From: Clostridia bacterium
Lineage (GTDB): Bacteria; Bacillota; Clostridia; TANB77; CAG-508
NCBI GenBank assembly: GCA_017410505.1
Contig: JAFQQR010000027.1
Location: forward strand, 31,461-95,460
DNA length: 64,000 nt
Direction: 5' to 3'
Shown here: positions 59,572-64,000 of the stretch, piece by piece
Layout of the letters: every line of letters begins with the position of its first letter
Numbering within the stretch: the first letter of the stretch is position 1
The notes under the pieces: generated by a model
What the model saw: only the letters and a program-made list of their open reading frames with translations
Database searches by the model: none
What the model was told of the DNA's origin: nothing
Made by a program: the position numbers and the translations under genes

Positions 59572-60324
59572 CTAATTTTCTAATTCATACATAATAATAC
59601 TTAAGACATTTAACGCTACTGTTTCTGTTCTTAATATCCTTTTCCCTAAAGTTATTATTTCTGCTCCACTATTTTTTAAGATTTCAACATCGTTTTCTTC
59701 TAATCCACCCTCAGGTCCTATAATAATTCCTATTTTTAATTTACTATACTCTTCACTTGATTTAATCTTTTTTAATTGTTGTTTCAAAGTATTTTCTTTT
59801 TCGTTTTCATATGCTACTAATACTATATCATAATTATCTATTAAATTACATAGTTTTTTTACATTTATTATATTATTTATTTTTGGAATTAAATCTCTAC
59901 CACATTGTTTTGCTGCTACTTCAGATATTTTTTGCCATCTTAGTTCTTTTTTATTTTTATCTTTTTCATTAAGTTTTACAACACATCTTTTCATCTCTAT
60001 TGGTGTTATATCATAAACTCCTAATTCCACTGACTTTTGTATTATATATTCCATTTTATCAGCTTTTGGCAACCCTTGAAATATTGTAACTTCTATATTA
60101 GATTCTACCTTTTCTTCTATTTTCTTTTTTATATTACATATTATATTTTCATTTTCTATATTTTTTATATCACATAAGAAATTTTCTCCATTTTGGCTGT
60201 TGCATATTTGCAACTCATCTCCTATTTTCCCTCTTAAAACTTTTCTTATATGATTTACATCCTGTCCTTGAATAATTATTTTATTATCTTGTATTTGTTC
60301 TTGTTTTACAAAAAATTTTGGCAT
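59572..60324 (-). CDS. rsmE: 16S rRNA (uracil1498-N3)-methyltransferase RsmE
   Basis: MPKFFV...IQGQDVNHIRKVLR (PUA-like N-terminus) and the SPOUT C-terminus GIIIGPEGG. Confidence 0.85.
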   Translation of the reverse strand: MPKFFVKQEQIQDNKIIIQGQDVNHIRKVLRGKIGDELQICNSQNGENFLCDIKNIENENIICNIKKKIEEKVESNIEVTIFQGLPKADKMEYIIQKSVELGVYDITPIEMKRCVVKLNEKDKNKKELRWQKISEVAAKQCGRDLIPKINNIINVKKLCNLIDNYDIVLVAYENEKENTLKQQLKKIKSSEEYSKLKIGIIIGPEGGLEENDVEILKNSGAEIITLGKRILRTETVALNVLSIIMYELEN

Positions 60325-60466
60325 TTATTTTCTCCTTTTTGTCCATTTTGGGACACATGTTCTTTCGAATTATATCATATCATCCCATTTTTTTCAAATA
60401 TAAAAAGCACCAAGACTATTTAAATTTTTAGTCTTGGTTAATATCATTAATTTAATTTTTTCAATA

Positions 60467-61006
60467 TTAATAATTTTCAGCTTTTATTTCAAAATAAGCT
60501 TTTGGATGAGCACATACTGGGCATATTTCTGGAGCTTCTTTTCCTATTACTATATGTCCACAATTTCTACATTTCCAAATTTTATCTCCATCTCTGCTAA
60601 ATACTAATCCATCTTCAACATTTTCTAATAATTTTAAATATCTTTGTTCATGTTCTTTTTCTATTTTAGCAACTTCTGAGAATAAATATGCAATATGGTC
60701 AAATCCTTCTTCCTTAGCTTCTTGTGCCATTCTATCATACATATCTGTCCATTCGTAATTTTCTCCTTCTGCTGCTGCTTTTAAGTTCTCTTCTGTTGAT
60801 TTTATATCTCCACCATTTAATAATTTAAACCACATTTTTGCATGTTCTTTTTCATTATCAGCTGTTTCTTGGAATATAGCTGCAATTTGTTCATACCCTT
60901 CTTTTTTTGCTTTACTTGCAAAATATGTATATTTATTTCTTGCTTGTGATTCTCCAGCAAAAGCCTCCATTAAATTTTTTTCTGTTTTTGTTCCTTTTAA
61001 TTCCAT
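60467..61006 (-). CDS. rbr: Rubrerythrin
   Basis: Ferritin-like diiron motifs (E..EH ×2) and a C-terminal rubredoxin-like CRNCG...CPVC. The start MELKGTK has a GGAGGA RBS. Confidence 0.9.
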   Translation of the reverse strand: MELKGTKTEKNLMEAFAGESQARNKYTYFASKAKKEGYEQIAAIFQETADNEKEHAKMWFKLLNGGDIKSTEENLKAAAEGENYEWTDMYDRMAQEAKEEGFDHIAYLFSEVAKIEKEHEQRYLKLLENVEDGLVFSRDGDKIWKCRNCGHIVIGKEAPEICPVCAHPKAYFEIKAENY

Positions 61007-61025
61007 TATAATTCCTCCTACAATA

Positions 61026-61414
61026 TTATTTTTTTGATTTACAATTTTCACATATTCCATTTATTGTAATACAATCCATATTTGATATTACACCAGTCTG
61101 TTTTTTTATAGATTTAGACATTTTTTTCGTTTCAAAATTATATTCAAAATCAAATACTTTTCCACATATTTCACATACTGCATGGTGATGTGGAAAATGT
61201 ATATAATCAAATCTATCTGGACCTTCTTGCATTGTTATTTTTTTTATTGTATCATTCTCAGCTAAAATTTTTACATTTCTATACACTGTACTTTTACTGA
61301 TTTTACAATCTACTTTTGTTACCATTTCATATATCTCTTCTATAGTAGGATGTATTCGTGTATTTTTTATTACTTCTAATATTATCTCTCTTTGTTTGGA
61401 ATAGTTGTTACTCA
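61026..61414 (-). CDS. perR: Fur family transcriptional regulator, peroxide-sensing PerR-like
   Basis: Fur-family winged helix, HHHAVC, and CxxC...CxxC. It is adjacent to rubrerythrin. Confidence 0.85.
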
Positions 61415-61429
61415 TAAATCCTCTCCTCA

Positions 61430-61450
61430 AATTAGGAATTATTCCTAATT
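61430..61450. promoter_or_regulatory. Perfect 10-1-10 palindrome AATTAGGAAT-T-ATTCCTAATT; candidate PerR/Fur-box operator upstream of perR
   Basis: Read from the sequence. It lies ~4 nt upstream of the perR RBS and has the 7-1-7 Fur-family architecture. Confidence 0.5.
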
Positions 61451-61597
61451 TATATTTTAGAGTTTATCTTATTTTTTTCTCTTTGTCAATACTTTTTTTA
61501 ATTTAATTTTAATTTTTTGAATTAATAAAAACTTTATATATTTTTTGCATAAAATTAGGAAGATGCAATGCACCTTCCTAACTGAAAAAACTGAATT

Positions 61598-63421
61598 CTA
61601 AATCTCTCTTACTAAATTACATTCTCCTTCTTTTAGAAACTGCAAATTTCTAAATGTATGCTCATCAGCAAGATTACCTTTAAACCCATCAATGTTCTGG
61701 TGTGTAGATATAATTACTATTCGTTTTTTATCCGAATTAGCATATCTTACAATATACTCTAAAATTCTCTCTGCATCAGCCGAATCGTTTTCAGCTTTAT
61801 CATCAAGACCTGATGTACATTCATCCAGAACTATAACATCAATTTCATCATCTAACCAGTATAGCATCTTAGCAAGAATAAGTCTCTGCCTCTGTCCATT
61901 TGATAATGATTGTTCAAACTTCTTTTCTTTCATCCACTTCCATACATCAAAGCAATTTGACTTTATTTCACACCACAAATGGAGATTTTCTAAAATCTTT
62001 TGCATTTTCATAAGGTCTGGATTTTCGTTACAACAGAATAATTCTTCAAAAATACTTAAACTACCAAACTTCAATTTCTCATCATAAAACAAGAAACGTG
62101 ATGTTGATGGTATTTCTGTACTTTTTTCTAACCTGATTCGTTCTGTCAACATTTTCATAAATGTCGATTTTCCACTACCAGATGGACCATACAAAACAAC
62201 TATTTCACCATTTTCGATGCAAATCTGATTCTTTGAAATTAGTGTGAATGGCTTATCATTTTCTGATTCCTCTAAATATTGGATTGAAAATGGATTTATT
62301 CTTATATTGTCAACAACTTTTGGAGTAGAAATCTTTGCAGATTCATTATAGAAAACATCCAAAATCAATGACATATCCTTTTCTTCTTTTTCCAATATAA
62401 TTAATCTTTCATTGTGATTATTGAATGTTTCAGCAATCCTGCCAATCTGCCTTAACGCTGTTTCAATAATTAAAAGCGTTGCAGTAATATCTGTTATAGT
62501 AGCCAGACTGATACTATTCCATTCAACTCCTAATAGATAAAATACTATTATTCCGTATTGACTAAATGCTTCGATTGTGGTTATGAACAATCTTGACAAA
62601 TTCATCACCTTATGAAACTTAGTAACATTCTTATTGCTTTCAATAACAGTCTTTTGAAATTTGTTTATTCTCATGTCCAAGTCACCATTAACTATTACAG
62701 GAACACGAAGTAAATCATTAATAATCATAGACTGTTCGTTGTTATATTCTCTATGATTTCGATAGTATGTTTCCCTGTTTAAACTGATATATGCAGAGCT
62801 AAAAAAAGAAATAAATACAAATACAAAAATCAGTGGAATAAAAACAACTTGTGATATAGATTCATTTGTTAGAATAGATATTGTTAACATTATAATCACG
62901 CTTATCACTTCAAGAATGTCAAATGTATGCCGAATTTTTTGTTGCCATAAATTTTGTAGATAGTTTTTGATAGTATTTAGTACTGACTCATTGCTCATCA
63001 CCTTATATAGGTTGTTTGATATGTCATACTTTAAAACTTTGTTTGTTGTCTTGCCGATGATTTTACTTGCTCTTAATACAATTTCATCTTCAAAAATTAG
63101 TTCAAATTTCTTTCTTTCAGAACTTTCAAAAAGATAAAAAGTCTCTCTTACAACTTGTTGTCCACGATACAACATGAATAATATAATTCCAAGCAATATC
63201 ATCCTATATTCAATCATCAAGTTTGTAATCTTGAGCATAAATGCAAATATAAGAACAATTATGGTCATACCAAGATTCATAAATCCAACTTTTAATCCCA
63301 TCCGTTTAACACTTCCAGGAATATTAAGCATTTCATCTGACAGACCATAAGGTTTAAAGAACTTAATAATGAGATTTATCACCTCTTGAATTAAATTTTT
63401 TGTTTTTTCCTGTCCTTTCAT
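61598..63421 (-). CDS. ABC transporter, fused permease/ATP-binding protein (exporter)
   Basis: N-terminal 6-TM domain. Walker A GPSGSGKST, signature LSNGQRQRLILAKM, Walker B VIVLDECTSGLD. Confidence 0.85.
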   Translation of the reverse strand: MKGQEKTKNLIQEVINLIIKFFKPYGLSDEMLNIPGSVKRMGLKVGFMNLGMTIIVLIFAFMLKITNLMIEYRMILLGIILFMLYRGQQVVRETFYLFESSERKKFELIFEDEIVLRASKIIGKTTNKVLKYDISNNLYKVMSNESVLNTIKNYLQNLWQQKIRHTFDILEVISVIIMLTISILTNESISQVVFIPLIFVFVFISFFSSAYISLNRETYYRNHREYNNEQSMIINDLLRVPVIVNGDLDMRINKFQKTVIESNKNVTKFHKVMNLSRLFITTIEAFSQYGIIVFYLLGVEWNSISLATITDITATLLIIETALRQIGRIAETFNNHNERLIILEKEEKDMSLILDVFYNESAKISTPKVVDNIRINPFSIQYLEESENDKPFTLISKNQICIENGEIVVLYGPSGSGKSTFMKMLTERIRLEKSTEIPSTSRFLFYDEKLKFGSLSIFEELFCCNENPDLMKMQKILENLHLWCEIKSNCFDVWKWMKEKKFEQSLSNGQRQRLILAKMLYWLDDEIDVIVLDECTSGLDDKAENDSADAERILEYIVRYANSDKKRIVIISTHQNIDGFKGNLADEHTFRNLQFLKEGECNLVREI

Positions 63422-63614
63422 ATGTTTTTCCTCCTTAATTATATGTGATAGAAAAATTTTTACTTAGGTATTTACCTTACACCTACATTATACCATATTT
63501 ACATAATATTTTCCATATTTACCCAAAACATACAACAATTTAAACCGCATTTTTATATAAAATTTTATATTATCATAATATTTTTATAACACATCTACTC
63601 TATAACTTAAAAAA

Positions 63615-63655
63615 TCACCATACAGAAAATATTTATTTTCCGTATGGTGACTCTT
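63615..63655 (-). terminator. Rho-independent terminator 3' of 63656-63988
   Basis: The hairpin TCACCATACAGAAAAT...ATTTTCCGTATGGTGA is followed by a T-run on the minus strand. Confidence 0.5.
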
Positions 63656-63988
63656 TTACTTAATTGATAACCCATGTTCTTTGTCAAAATCCAAAACTTT
63701 ATCTCCATTTTTGAGATCTTTAATAAATTTTTCAAAAATAGATTTTGTTAATTTTTCTTGACCGTATTCTTTCCTTATAAGATTTTTTACATCAAAGGTT
63801 TCTTCCTTTTCGTCAATTTCTAGAACAATCTCCATCTCAGATGATTTTCCTAGAAGATACTCTCCCTGTCCACCTCTTATAATGTAATATCCTTGGTCCA
63901 TCTTTTTTTCAATTTCCTCTCTTGTTCCTCGAAAAGTAAACCGCTCTTCATCTGAATACTTGAAACTTTTGAGCTCAATTGATGACAT
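63656..63988 (-). CDS. Hypothetical protein
   Basis: 110-aa ORF. Confidence 0.4.
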   Translation of the reverse strand: MSSIELKSFKYSDEERFTFRGTREEIEKKMDQGYYIIRGGQGEYLLGKSSEMEIVLEIDEKEETFDVKNLIRKEYGQEKLTKSIFEKFIKDLKNGDKVLDFDKEHGLSIK

Positions 63989-64000
63989 ATGGATTCCCCC

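Overview
This is a very AT-rich, Clostridium-like (low-GC Firmicute, apparent spore-former) chromosomal segment, with almost all genes on the minus strand. Housekeeping genes include valS behind a valine T-box leader, uvrA, lexA, rdgB, the yicC-remA-rpoZ-gmk block, rsmE, a perR-rubrerythrin pair, a pspA operon, tRNA-Leu(UAG), several ABC/MATE/P-type transporters and a Ter (TerD/TelA) stress cluster with its linked biosynthetic genes. The most notable feature is a D-alanyl-D-alanine carboxypeptidase (dacF/dacB-like, PBP5 family) gene split by a ~13-kb insertion. Its 5' part lies at 17605-18063 and its 3' part at 31097-31880. The insertion carries two tandem large serine recombinases at one end. 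It also carries nuclease/defense-like cargo: a WYL-domain regulator, an HNH endonuclease with a PUA/EVE-like N-terminus preceded by a 19-bp tandem repeat array, a PD-(D/E)xK-like hypothetical, and a Cas4-like/DEDD-exonuclease fusion. Three signal-anchored proteins complete the cargo. The layout resembles the sporulation-gene 'intervening elements' (skin-like) that large serine recombinases excise. Other finds are a dispersed MITE-like repeat family with ~20-45 bp terminal inverted repeats, sitting immediately 5' of the ribosome-binding sites of uvrA, valS and rsmE, and an inverton-like structure of 55-bp inverted repeats flanking a 116-bp core that holds a consensus sigma-A promoter. The window also shows several gene-decay signatures: frameshifted MATE, P-type ATPase and dac genes, and AKR and cytidylate-kinase-like remnants. 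All calls rest on reading the sequence and the ORF translations; no database search was possible.
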